Below, piece by piece: positions 39,095 to 50,425 of a stretch of DNA of 64,000 nucleotides. Every line of letters begins with the position of its first letter. Position 1 is the first letter of the stretch. The notes beneath the pieces were generated by a model. That model made no database searches. It had not been told where the DNA came from and worked only from the letters and a program-made list of their open reading frames with translations. The DNA is from Caldisericaceae bacterium (GTDB taxonomy: Bacteria; Caldisericota; Caldisericia; Caldisericales; Caldisericaceae), in the NCBI GenBank assembly GCA_049967855.1, contig JBMFRX010000002.1, forward strand, positions 32,001 to 96,000, in the 5' to 3' direction. Made by a program: the position numbers and the translations under genes.

Positions 39095-39310
39095 ATGAGT
39101 GACTTTAAAACAAATGCAGATGAAATAGTTGGAAGCATTGGTGATGTTATTCAGGAAATTACAAAGGATAATGATGGCAGAGTTCGTATGAGAGGTACTA
39201 CGTGGGAGGCTTTTACTGACGAGGATACGCCGATAAGAGTTGGCGAGAAAGTAATTGTTATTTCTATCAGTGGAAATAGGTTGAAAGTCAAAAGAAAGGA
39301 GGCAAGATAG
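39095..39310 (+). CDS. Minimal NfeD C-terminal (OB-fold) protein
   Basis: GRVRMRGTTWEA...IRVGEKVIVISISGNRLKV; GGAGGT SD; directly upstream of the SPFH gene. Confidence 0.85.
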   Translation: MSDFKTNADEIVGSIGDVIQEITKDNDGRVRMRGTTWEAFTDEDTPIRVGEKVIVISISGNRLKVKRKEAR

Positions 39311-39311
39311 T

Positions 39312-40274
39312 ATGTTAGGCACTATTTTTACAGTAATTATTATCATTGTTCTTTTAGTTATTCTTATCAAAGCAATTGTTATTGTGAGACAAGGTAGCAA
39401 TTCAATTGTTGAGAGGCTCGGTAAATTTGCAAGAGTGTTGAAGCCTGGACTGCACTTTGTTATTCCAATAATTGAGTCTGTTAGAAGCGTTGTCGATATG
39501 AGAGAACAGGTGTGGGATTATCCACCACAAAGCGTAATTACAAAGGATAATGTTCCAACAAATATAGACACTGTTATGTATTACTATATACTTGATCCTG
39601 TAAAGTCTGTCTACGAAGTGAGAAACCTTAATGAGGGCATCTTGAAGCTTACAATGACAGCTTTGAGAAACATAGTAGGAAGCCTCACCCTTGATGAATT
39701 ACTTACAAGCAGAGAACAGATTAACGAGAAGCTCAGGATTATTGTTGATGAGGCAACTGACCCCTGGGGAGTAAAAGTAACAAGAGTCGAGGTAAAAACA
39801 ATCGCACCCCCGGAGGAAATTCTTGAAGCAATGACTAAGCAGATGAAAGCTGAGAGGACAAAGAGAGCTTTAATTCTTGAGGCAGAGGGAATTAAAGAGT
39901 CAGAGATAAGGAAGGCAGAAGGAGAACAACAGGCTACTATACTTCGTTCAGAGGCACAAAAACAGCAGGAAGTTCTTCTTGCCGAAGGTAAAGCCCTCGC
40001 TGTGTTAAATGTTGCAAAAGCGCAAGCCGAAGCTGTCAAGGTTTATTATAGTGCTATTCATGAGGGTAATCCAACTAAAGACCTCATTGCCATAAAATAT
40101 CTTGAAGCTCTTGAAAAGATTTCTGAAAACCCGTCAAACAAAATCTATATACCATATGAATCGTCAGCATTAATGGGTTCTATTGGTGTTATAAAAGAAC
40201 TCTTTTCCTCCCAAAAGCCTGAAGAGCCATACTCAGAAGAGTCGGACAAGAATAAAATTCAACCTAAAAAATAA
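39312..40274 (+). CDS. SPFH/band 7 (stomatin/QmcA-like) protein
   Basis: VERLGKF, QSVITKDN, WGVKVTRVE, KQMKAER, AEG repeats. Confidence 0.93.
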   Translation: MLGTIFTVIIIIVLLVILIKAIVIVRQGSNSIVERLGKFARVLKPGLHFVIPIIESVRSVVDMREQVWDYPPQSVITKDNVPTNIDTVMYYYILDPVKSVYEVRNLNEGILKLTMTALRNIVGSLTLDELLTSREQINEKLRIIVDEATDPWGVKVTRVEVKTIAPPEEILEAMTKQMKAERTKRALILEAEGIKESEIRKAEGEQQATILRSEAQKQQEVLLAEGKALAVLNVAKAQAEAVKVYYSAIHEGNPTKDLIAIKYLEALEKISENPSNKIYIPYESSALMGSIGVIKELFSSQKPEEPYSEESDKNKIQPKK

Positions 40275-40326
40275 ATGTTTTCAAAAGGCCTACTCCTTTG
40301 CGTAAGAAGCAGGCCTTATTGTACGT

Positions 40327-40354
40327 TTGACTGGATGGAATAATTCGTTAAAAT
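40327..40354 (+). promoter_or_regulatory. Putative sigma70 promoter for a leaderless transcript
   Basis: TTGACT-16 nt-TAAAAT, then 7 nt to ATG 40362. Confidence 0.55.
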
Positions 40355-40361
40355 AGTAGGT

Positions 40362-41513
40362 ATGAAAAAGAAAAATATAGTTCTTAAAAAGAGTTTTTGG
40401 ACAAAGAGAAATATAATTTTGTTAGCATGTATAATTCTGTTGGTTGCGTTAGGTTCTTTGTTTGCGGTGCACTACTTAGAGGTTTCAAACTCTATGCTTT
40501 CGAGCCACTTGATTTATACATTGCAGAACAATGTAGTTAAGAGTATAGCTGTTTCTGAAAACCTGTTGATTGGCACTGACAAAGGAGATATAGTTCTTAT
40601 GTCTCCAACAGGAAAGATTGTATGGAGGCAGTCTGTAAAATCAACGGTTTATACTTTAGATTGTAGCCCTGATTCTAATTATGTTATTGCAGGTGGAACA
40701 TCTTTTCATCTTTATGATATCAACGGAAAGGAACTCTTCGACAAAGGTATTGCAAATTATATACCCTACAAATCCAGATTTATTGACAACAAGACTATTG
40801 CCCTGTTATATCAGTCTTTATCTGATTTGTCTTTCTCTTGCTTAACGGTCGACTATACTGGCAAGACCATTAATTCTCAGAAGATAAACGACCTTGGCGA
40901 GACGGCATCTTTGGATTTATCACAGGATGGGTCGGTTCTGTTTGCTGGAGAGAGAGGAGAGGTTTACAGGATTGCAAATGGAAAGCTTGTGAGTGATGCT
41001 ATTATAGACAAAAAACTTTCTACTGTTCATCAAATATTTGGTTTCTACCTGAACAACAACACAGTAGTAGTTGGGTACGAAATCTCAAGTAGTACTGATT
41101 CTAGCAACGTACCTGTTTACTTCTATGATAATAACCTGAAGCTTGTTAAGTCGATTGATGTGCCTGGTAACATCAACAACTTCTCAATTGACAACGGAAA
41201 CGTTATTTTTGCAACCGACGGAGGATTTTTCACTTATTCTCAGAATGGAACTTTGCAGGGGCAAAAGACACAGTCAGACTTGATAGGACTGGAATTTGGT
41301 CAAAATCCCGAATACGATATGTATGTGTATGAGAAAAAACCAGTTCAGGAGAAGGATAAACCTGTCATAAATGTTCTGCTTACTGATAAAAATGGTAACT
41401 TAAAGGGCTCTTACCTGTATACGTTTGATACAACTCCTGGAATTACTCTTTCTGCAAATGGGAAAATAATTTTTGTAACCGAGAGGAATAAAGTAAGCAT
41501 ATTGACAAAATAG
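40362..41513 (+). CDS. Membrane-anchored beta-propeller (PQQ/WD40-like) hypothetical protein
   Basis: Basic N-terminus plus TM helix; repeated GKIVW, NGKEL, TGKTI and NGNLK blade motifs. Confidence 0.65.
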   Translation: MKKKNIVLKKSFWTKRNIILLACIILLVALGSLFAVHYLEVSNSMLSSHLIYTLQNNVVKSIAVSENLLIGTDKGDIVLMSPTGKIVWRQSVKSTVYTLDCSPDSNYVIAGGTSFHLYDINGKELFDKGIANYIPYKSRFIDNKTIALLYQSLSDLSFSCLTVDYTGKTINSQKINDLGETASLDLSQDGSVLFAGERGEVYRIANGKLVSDAIIDKKLSTVHQIFGFYLNNNTVVVGYEISSSTDSSNVPVYFYDNNLKLVKSIDVPGNINNFSIDNGNVIFATDGGFFTYSQNGTLQGQKTQSDLIGLEFGQNPEYDMYVYEKKPVQEKDKPVINVLLTDKNGNLKGSYLYTFDTTPGITLSANGKIIFVTERNKVSILTK

Positions 41514-41525
41514 TATTATGGTTGA

Positions 41526-43565
<2,040 letters not shown>

Positions 43566-43612
43566 AGGAAAAAATACTCACCAGTTTTAAGACTTAGAAG
43601 GAGGAAACTAAA

Positions 43613-43888
43613 ATGATTGATTTGGACAAAATCGAAGCACTTGCATCCCTAAAACTTAGTGGAAGTGAGAGGGAGAACATACTCAAAGACCTTGACGAAA
43701 TAATTGATTATTTCAAGGTTTTGAATGAAGTTGACACCGATGGCATTGAACCTCTTGTGTATACGAAAGGAGTAAAACTTTTTTTGCGCAAAGACCAAGT
43801 TAAAGAGGCAATCAATGTAAAAGAGCTTGAAAAGAATAGAAGGCTTTTTGGAGACAACTTCTTCAAAGTAAGACGTATTATACAATAG
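43613..43888 (+). CDS. gatC: Asp/Glu-tRNA amidotransferase subunit C
   Basis: LASLKL, LNEVDTDGIEP, FFKV; precedes gatA and gatB. Confidence 0.9.
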   Translation: MIDLDKIEALASLKLSGSERENILKDLDEIIDYFKVLNEVDTDGIEPLVYTKGVKLFLRKDQVKEAINVKELEKNRRLFGDNFFKVRRIIQ

Positions 43889-43914
43889 TGGAACGAATAT
43901 ACTAAAGGATAGCG

Positions 43915-45339
43915 GTGAATTACATGGATTTAGATAGATTATCAATAAGTGAGATTGCAAATAATATAAAAAGTGGAGATTTGAGTGCAACAGAGATTGT
44001 TCAGTTCTATCTTGATAGAATTGCCTCAAAAGACTCATCAATAAGCTCTTTTCTTTATGTGGACTATGAAGGAGCACTCAAGCGTGCACAGGAAATTGAT
44101 AACCAAACGCAGAAAGAAGGAAAACTCCTCGGTGTACCCGTTGGCATAAAGGATAATATGAATGTTATTGGGCTTGAGGCAACCGCTGGCTCGAGAATTC
44201 TAAAAGGATACAAAGCTCTTTATGATGCAACGGTTATAAGCAAAATAAAATCTGAAGGTGGAATTATAATAGGGAAAACAAATCTCGACGAATTCGCAAT
44301 GGGCTCCTCCACAGAGAATTCTGCTTTTATGTCAACAAAAAATCCACTGGATGTTTCGTATGTCCCAGGAGGATCTTCCGGTGGTTCTGCTGCAGCTGTT
44401 GCGGCTGGTTTTGTCCCAGTTGCCCTTGGCTCTGATACTGGTGGCTCTGTCAGACAGCCTGCGGCTTTTTGCGGAGTTGTTGGCTTAAAACCGACCTACG
44501 GAAGAGTATCAAGATATGGGCTTATTGCTTTTGGCTCTTCCCTTGATGTTATTGGGCCTCTTACCAGGACTGTTAAGGATTCTGCCTTAATGCTCAGCGT
44601 AATTGCTGGCTTTGATAAAAATGATGAAACAACAGTCAATACTGGCATTGGAGATTACACTTCTCACATCAGTGAGGGTGTCAAAGGGATGAAAATTGGC
44701 TTGATTAAAGAGATAATGGACTTCAAAATTGATAGTAGTGTAGTAGAATCTCTGAAAGAAGCGTGTAGAAAGCTTGAAACACTTGGCGCACAAATTGTTG
44801 AGATCTCAATTCCGCACCTTAAGTATGCACTGCCGACTTATTATATCGTTGCTCCTTCTGAGGCTTCAGCAAATCTTGCAAGGTTTGATGGAGTGCGGTA
44901 CGGTTTTGAGGGAGAAGGGGATAGCATCAAAGATTTCTACGAAAATACACGTACAAGAGGTTTTGGAACAGAAGTCAAACGAAGGATTTTAATCGGAACT
45001 TTTGCACTTTCTTCTGGGTTCTATGACGCATATTACCTCAAGGCAGCGAAAGTAAGACGAGTCATAAATAACGATTTTGAACGTGCTTTTGAGAAAGTGT
45101 CAACGATTATTCTACCTACAACTCCAACAACTCCTTTCAAGTTCGGCGAAAAGAAAAGCCCTCTTGATATGTATATGAGCGATATCTTTACCATCCCTGT
45201 TAACTTAGCTGGTGTTCCTGCAATATCAGTTCCTTTTGGAAAGGATGACAAAGGGTTCTCAATAGGCATACAGCTTATTGGAAAGTGGTTTGATGAAGAA
45301 ACTCTTCTCAGAGTTGGCTTTGCGCTCGAGAATCTTTAG
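43915..45339 (+). CDS. gatA: Asp/Glu-tRNA amidotransferase subunit A
   Basis: IKDN, GKTNLDEFAMGSS, PGGSSGGS, GSDTGGSVRQPA, EVKRRILIG. Confidence 0.98.
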   Translation: MNYMDLDRLSISEIANNIKSGDLSATEIVQFYLDRIASKDSSISSFLYVDYEGALKRAQEIDNQTQKEGKLLGVPVGIKDNMNVIGLEATAGSRILKGYKALYDATVISKIKSEGGIIIGKTNLDEFAMGSSTENSAFMSTKNPLDVSYVPGGSSGGSAAAVAAGFVPVALGSDTGGSVRQPAAFCGVVGLKPTYGRVSRYGLIAFGSSLDVIGPLTRTVKDSALMLSVIAGFDKNDETTVNTGIGDYTSHISEGVKGMKIGLIKEIMDFKIDSSVVESLKEACRKLETLGAQIVEISIPHLKYALPTYYIVAPSEASANLARFDGVRYGFEGEGDSIKDFYENTRTRGFGTEVKRRILIGTFALSSGFYDAYYLKAAKVRRVINNDFERAFEKVSTIILPTTPTTPFKFGEKKSPLDMYMSDIFTIPVNLAGVPAISVPFGKDDKGFSIGIQLIGKWFDEETLLRVGFALENL

Positions 45340-45348
45340 GAGGTAAAA

Positions 45349-46806
45349 GTGGATAATTCTTCGATAAATGTACGACCAACAATTGGTCTTGAAATACATG
45401 TCCAACTTGCAACAAAGTCAAAAATATTCTGTGGATGCTCGACAGAATTTGCTAAAGAACCAAATACTCAGGTTTGCCCTGTTTGCCTTGGACTTCCTGG
45501 AGCGCTACCCGTTCTGAATGAACAGGTTGTTGAATATGGGGCAAAACTTGCTCTTGCACTTAATATGACTGTTAACAAATTTTCGACATTTTACAGAAAG
45601 AATTACTTTTACCCAGACCTTCCAAAGGGTTACCAGATTACTCAGTATGCAATACCTATCGGTTCTGAAGGTTTCCTTGAGGTGCCAGGTTCTCCTGAGA
45701 AGAAGAGAGTAAGGATTTTAAGAGGGCACATTGAGGAAGATTCAGGTAAATCAATACATGCAGCAGATATAACTGAATCAGAGTTTTCTTACATTGACTT
45801 TAATCGTTCCGGTGTGCCACTTATGGAAATTGTTACATATCCAGACATAGAGACAGGTGATCAGGCTTATGAATTTCTAGTGCTTTTGAGAAGTATAGTT
45901 CGCTACATTGGAGTTTCAAGCGGTGATATGGAAAAGGGCGCAATGCGTTGTGATGTGAATGTTTCTGTCTCTGAAACCGAAAAGATGGGTACAAAGGTAG
46001 AGATAAAAAACCTCAACTCCTTCAAAAGCGTAAAAAGGGCACTTGAATATGAAATTGCACGACAGACGGAATTGCTGAAGAAGGGAGATAGAGTAATTCA
46101 GGAAACCAGGCACTTTGATGAGCATGACGGTACTACAAAACCTATGCGTACCAAGGAAGAACTCAATGACTACAGATATTTTCCAGAGCCTGACCTTCCC
46201 CCACTTTCCTTGAGCGATGAATTTATTGAGAAAGTAAAACAACAGATTCCTGAGCTTCCTTATGTTAAAGAAAAACGTTTCGTGGAAGTTTTCGGAGTCC
46301 AGGAGGATTATGCTAGAGCAATTGCCTATTCTCAAAGGCTTTCAAATTACTTTGAGGAGGTTGTTAATTTTGCTGGTCACCCAAAAGAAGTTTCAAATCT
46401 GCTAATGGTTAATGTAGTTGGGTTTATGAATGACAAAGGTATAGGTTTGGATGACATTAGCTTCGAAAAGAGCAAGTTTAAGGAATTGCTTGAGTTTGTT
46501 GATAATAAAGTCATATCTTATAACATTGCAAAAGAAGTCCTAAATGAATCTATGTTGACAGGGAAAACGCCCAAAGATATCATTCAAGAGAAAGGACTCG
46601 CTCAAATAACCGACGATGATTCTATAAGAGCATCTGTGCTTGAAGTGATCAGCGAAAACCCAACTCCTGTAAGCCAATATGTTTCAGGCAAGAAGCAGGT
46701 TTATGGTTTCCTAGTAGGTGCCGTAATGAAAAAAACGAAAGGTAAGGCAAATCCAGAAATATTGAATATTATTCTTAAAGAGGAATTGGAAAAATTGACT
46801 CGATAA
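45349..46806 (+). CDS. gatB: Asp/Glu-tRNA amidotransferase subunit B
   Basis: IGLEIHVQL, RKNYFYPDLPKGYQI, YRYFPEPDL. Confidence 0.98.
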   Translation: MDNSSINVRPTIGLEIHVQLATKSKIFCGCSTEFAKEPNTQVCPVCLGLPGALPVLNEQVVEYGAKLALALNMTVNKFSTFYRKNYFYPDLPKGYQITQYAIPIGSEGFLEVPGSPEKKRVRILRGHIEEDSGKSIHAADITESEFSYIDFNRSGVPLMEIVTYPDIETGDQAYEFLVLLRSIVRYIGVSSGDMEKGAMRCDVNVSVSETEKMGTKVEIKNLNSFKSVKRALEYEIARQTELLKKGDRVIQETRHFDEHDGTTKPMRTKEELNDYRYFPEPDLPPLSLSDEFIEKVKQQIPELPYVKEKRFVEVFGVQEDYARAIAYSQRLSNYFEEVVNFAGHPKEVSNLLMVNVVGFMNDKGIGLDDISFEKSKFKELLEFVDNKVISYNIAKEVLNESMLTGKTPKDIIQEKGLAQITDDDSIRASVLEVISENPTPVSQYVSGKKQVYGFLVGAVMKKTKGKANPEILNIILKEELEKLTR

Positions 46807-46923
46807 TCGCAATATTGTTTTTAGCATTTATTAGGTTTTTTCTTGAGTATACGTATTCATATTTATTTCACAATTTAGATATAATATTAGGAAGAGTTAA
46901 ATATAGATTAGGAGGTAATTTAT

Positions 46924-47565
46924 ATGGAAATTAGAAATGCGAAACTAATGGGGGGTATTGGCGCGATTCTCACCGTCCTTGCTTTTATCCCGGAAGTTGG
47001 ATGGCTTTTTGCGATAACAGGCCTTGTGCTTGTGTTGTTGTCTATTAAGGAGCTTTCTCTCGCCGTGAATAACAAAAAGATTTTTGATAACTATCTCGTT
47101 GCTTTTATCCTGAATATTGTTGGTTCTATTGTCGCGGTCGTAGCAGGTGTTGCAACGTTCTTAGGCGTATTTGGGCTCAGAGGACATTCTGGAGTTGCTA
47201 TGCGTGGTAATATGATCAACGGAGAAAGATTCTTCGGTAATTTCAGCGGAGGATTTTTTGGGGCTGGTATTATCGCTATTATAATTGTTGCTCTTGCTGC
47301 TCTTGCCGTTGTAATAATCGCAAGCTATTTTACAAAACTCAGTTTTGAGGGTATTTCAAAGGGAACAAATGTTGAATACTTCAAAACTTCAGGAATGTTA
47401 ATTTTCATAGGTTCAATACTTCTTGTTGTTTTTGGAGTAGGGGCAATTGTCATGTTTGTAGGTTTAATACTGGAGATAGTTGGCTTCTTCTCTCTTCCTG
47501 ATAAGCTTGAGAGACCAATTACCGATAATAATTTGCCGTCAGGTTCTGCAAGCGTAAGTCAATAA
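46924..47565 (+). CDS. DUF996 family membrane protein
   Basis: [12 protein letters not shown] start, IFDNYL, FKTSG..IFIGSIL, VGFFSLP. Confidence 0.82.
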   Translation: MEIRNAKLMGGIGAILTVLAFIPEVGWLFAITGLVLVLLSIKELSLAVNNKKIFDNYLVAFILNIVGSIVAVVAGVATFLGVFGLRGHSGVAMRGNMINGERFFGNFSGGFFGAGIIAIIIVALAALAVVIIASYFTKLSFEGISKGTNVEYFKTSGMLIFIGSILLVVFGVGAIVMFVGLILEIVGFFSLPDKLERPITDNNLPSGSASVSQ

Positions 47566-47587
47566 AAAATTTAAAAGGAGGCACAAA

Positions 47588-48136
47588 ATGCTATTAGCGA
47601 TTGTATTAGGAATTATCCTTATCCTTGCTTTCTGGTTCATTGCAATTTACAATGGGCTCGTCACGCTTAGAAATAGGGTTAAAAATGGGTGGGCACAAAT
47701 CGATGTCCAGTTGAAGAGAAGATATGACCTTATCCCTAATCTGGTTGAAACAGTTAAGGGATATGCTGCGCACGAGAAGGAAGTTTTTGAGAAGGTAACG
47801 GAGCTTAGGGCAAGCGCGATGGGTGCTCAGTCAGTTAAAGATATTGGAGAGACTAATAACCAACTGACACAAAGCTTGAAAACACTCTTTGCTGTTGCAG
47901 AAAATTATCCTGAACTCAAGGCAAATGAGAATTTCCTGAAACTACAGGAAGAGCTCACAAATACAGAAAACAAAATCGCTTTTGCTCGCCAGTTCTATAA
48001 CGACGTTGTAATGCAGTATAATACAGCACAGCAGAGGATTCCCGATAATTTTGTCGCAGGTTTTATGCACTTAACACCTGAGGAGTACTACCCGATTGAC
48101 GAAGCTGAAAAAGGACCAGTAAAAGTTCAGTTTTAG
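47588..48136 (+). CDS. lemA: LemA family protein
   Basis: [42 protein letters not shown]. Confidence 0.96.
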   Translation: MLLAIVLGIILILAFWFIAIYNGLVTLRNRVKNGWAQIDVQLKRRYDLIPNLVETVKGYAAHEKEVFEKVTELRASAMGAQSVKDIGETNNQLTQSLKTLFAVAENYPELKANENFLKLQEELTNTENKIAFARQFYNDVVMQYNTAQQRIPDNFVAGFMHLTPEEYYPIDEAEKGPVKVQF

Positions 48137-48141
48137 GAAAG

Positions 48142-49047
48142 GTGGTTGCTTTGAAGAAGACTCTTTATGAATTAAGGGAGCAGAACATTCGCAACACGAT
48201 TCTGTTTATTTTTGTTTTCTCCCTTATGCTTTTTGCAATTGGATATTTTCTTGTTTATGAGTTCAACTGGGGTTCAACAGGTATTGTAATACTTGGTGTT
48301 ATTATTATTGTTTACAACTTGATTGCATACGAGTACTCCGACAAAATTGCTCTTGCTTCAGCGGGGGCTGTTCCTGCGGATCCTGAACAGTATTACGAAC
48401 TGCACAATGTTGTGGAGGAGGTGGCACTTGCCGCTGGAATTCCGAAGCCCAAGGTATACATTATGAATGAAGCTCAACCAAATGCTTTTGCAACTGGCAA
48501 GAACCCTAAAAATGCTTCAATTTGCGTTACAACAGGGCTGCTTCAGATGATGAACCGTGAGGAATTGCAGGGTGTTATAGCTCATGAGATGTCGCACATA
48601 AGGAACTACGATATTCTCTTGATGACAGTAGTAGGAATAATTGCTGGTTTAATTATCATAATAAGAGATGTTGCGTTCCGTGGTATGTGGTTTGGAGTTG
48701 GCGAAAGGCGAGGTGGAAGAGATAGAGATGAGGGAGGAAACATTCTTATGATTATTGGTTTATTGCTTGCAGTTATATCTCCCATCCTTGTAGCTTTAAT
48801 TCGTGCGGCTGTCTCACGTCAAAGAGAATTTCTTGCCGATGCTACTGGCGCTTATATAGTTCGCGACCCTAATGGTCTTGCTTCAGCACTTGGCAAAATA
48901 GGCTCTTATGAAAAACCAATGCGAAATGCGACAGAGGCTACTGCTCATATGTTCATAAGTAGTCCCTTTGGGCATATCAATGAAGCTTTTGCTTCTCATC
49001 CTCCGATTGAGGAAAGAATTAAGAGGTTGCTTTCTCTTACTGTGTAA
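48142..49047 (+). CDS. htpX: HtpX-like M48 zinc metalloprotease
   Basis: PNAFATG, HEMSH (HExxH), [17 protein letters not shown]. Confidence 0.94.
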   Translation: MVALKKTLYELREQNIRNTILFIFVFSLMLFAIGYFLVYEFNWGSTGIVILGVIIIVYNLIAYEYSDKIALASAGAVPADPEQYYELHNVVEEVALAAGIPKPKVYIMNEAQPNAFATGKNPKNASICVTTGLLQMMNREELQGVIAHEMSHIRNYDILLMTVVGIIAGLIIIIRDVAFRGMWFGVGERRGGRDRDEGGNILMIIGLLLAVISPILVALIRAAVSRQREFLADATGAYIVRDPNGLASALGKIGSYEKPMRNATEATAHMFISSPFGHINEAFASHPPIEERIKRLLSLTV

Positions 49048-49074
49048 TTTGGAATCAATATGATAAATAAAATT

Positions 49075-49098
49075 AAAGGGCGCTAGAAAGCGCCCTTT
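49075..49098 (+). terminator. Intrinsic terminator / repeated hairpin, copy 1
   Basis: AAAGGGCGCT-AGAA-AGCGCCCTTT after htpX. Confidence 0.8.
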
Positions 49099-49168
49099 TG
49101 CTATAATTTGCTAATGTGATGGCAAGGTATTTTTCAAATTTGCATTTTTTTATTATAATTACGCCAAT

Positions 49169-50425
49169 ATGGACAGAGTGCTTAAGTGTGTAAGGTGTGG
49201 AAAAGAGTACGATTTATTTTCGTCTCGTTATAGGTGTGATTGCGGGGGACTGCTTGAGGTTGAGATAAAGGATCCCATAAGTCCATCACTAAAGGAAGTT
49301 TTCCAGAGTAGAAAGCTTTCAAATAACCCAGCTGATTTTAGTAACGTTTGGAGATATAGAGAATTAGTTCTCGACATTCCATGTAATTCCATTGTAACTC
49401 TTCCAGAAGGAAGGACAAACCTTTACAGAAAAGATGTTTTGGGAATGGAAGTGTTTTTCAAACACGAAGGCGAAAACCCAACAGGTTCGTTTAAGGATAG
49501 AGGAATGACTGTTGGTGTAAGTGTTGCAAAATACCTTGGTTACAAAGTTACTGCTTGTGCGTCAACAGGAAATACTTCTGCATCTCTTTCAAGCTACTCG
49601 GCTCATGCAGGCTTAAAAAGTATTGTATTCATACCAAAAGGGCACGTAGCCATAGGAAAACTTTCGCAGGCGCTGGCTTATGGAGCTTATGTTTTTGAGA
49701 TTGCTGGTGATTTTGACGATTCGATGAAAATTGTTGAAAAGATAAGCGAAGAGTATAAAGTGTACCTGCTGAATTCTCTTAATCCACTTCGTCTTGAAGG
49801 CCAAAAGACAATTATCATAAATATACTCGAGGAACTTGGTTGGCAGGTGCCAGACTGGATAATTCTTCCCGGAGGAAACCTTGGCAATACAAGCGCTTTT
49901 GGAAAGGCTCTTAAGGAATTATACAAATTTGGTTTTGTTGACAAGATTCCCCACATTGGAGTAATTCAGGCAGAAGGAGCATCTCCTTTTTACAAAGCAT
50001 ATCTGCGTGATTTTGAAGAGTTCGAGCCTGTAAAGGCAGAAACCATTGCCACTGCAATTCGTATAGGAAATCCAGTAAACTATGAGAAGGCAAAGGAGAC
50101 TATAAAGTTTACGAAGGGCGTTGTGGAAGCCGTTTTTGATAAAGAAATCCTTGAAGCAAAGCAAAATATAGATCGGCTGGGCATTGGATGTGAACCTGCG
50201 TCTGCTGCAAGTCTTGCAGGACTTAAGAAACTCGTTGATAGAGGAATTATAAAGAAAACCGATACTGTTGTTTTGTTGCTTACGGGAAGTATCTTAAAAG
50301 ATCCTGAAACAACAATTAAATTACATTCTGGTCAGCTAGGCAGTTTCCCCGAAAATAGATTCTTCAAAATAGATAATTCAAATGCACTTGATAAAATTTT
50401 AGGCTCTCTGTTTTTGGATAGGTGA
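49169..50425 (+). CDS. thrC: Threonine synthase (with N-terminal zinc ribbon)
   Basis: CVRCG..CDCGG, NPTGSFKDRG, CASTGNTSAS, PGGNLGN, CEPASAA. Confidence 0.95.
   Translation: MDRVLKCVRCGKEYDLFSSRYRCDCGGLLEVEIKDPISPSLKEVFQSRKLSNNPADFSNVWRYRELVLDIPCNSIVTLPEGRTNLYRKDVLGMEVFFKHEGENPTGSFKDRGMTVGVSVAKYLGYKVTACASTGNTSASLSSYSAHAGLKSIVFIPKGHVAIGKLSQALAYGAYVFEIAGDFDDSMKIVEKISEEYKVYLLNSLNPLRLEGQKTIIINILEELGWQVPDWIILPGGNLGNTSAFGKALKELYKFGFVDKIPHIGVIQAEGASPFYKAYLRDFEEFEPVKAETIATAIRIGNPVNYEKAKETIKFTKGVVEAVFDKEILEAKQNIDRLGIGCEPASAASLAGLKKLVDRGIIKKTDTVVLLLTGSILKDPETTIKLHSGQLGSFPENRFFKIDNSNALDKILGSLFLDR

Noticed and set aside
49048..49168. T-box or attenuator upstream of thrC
   Set aside because: The gap is about 120 bp, holds a terminator and a -10 box next to the ATG, and has no T-box consensus or Thr-rich leader peptide.
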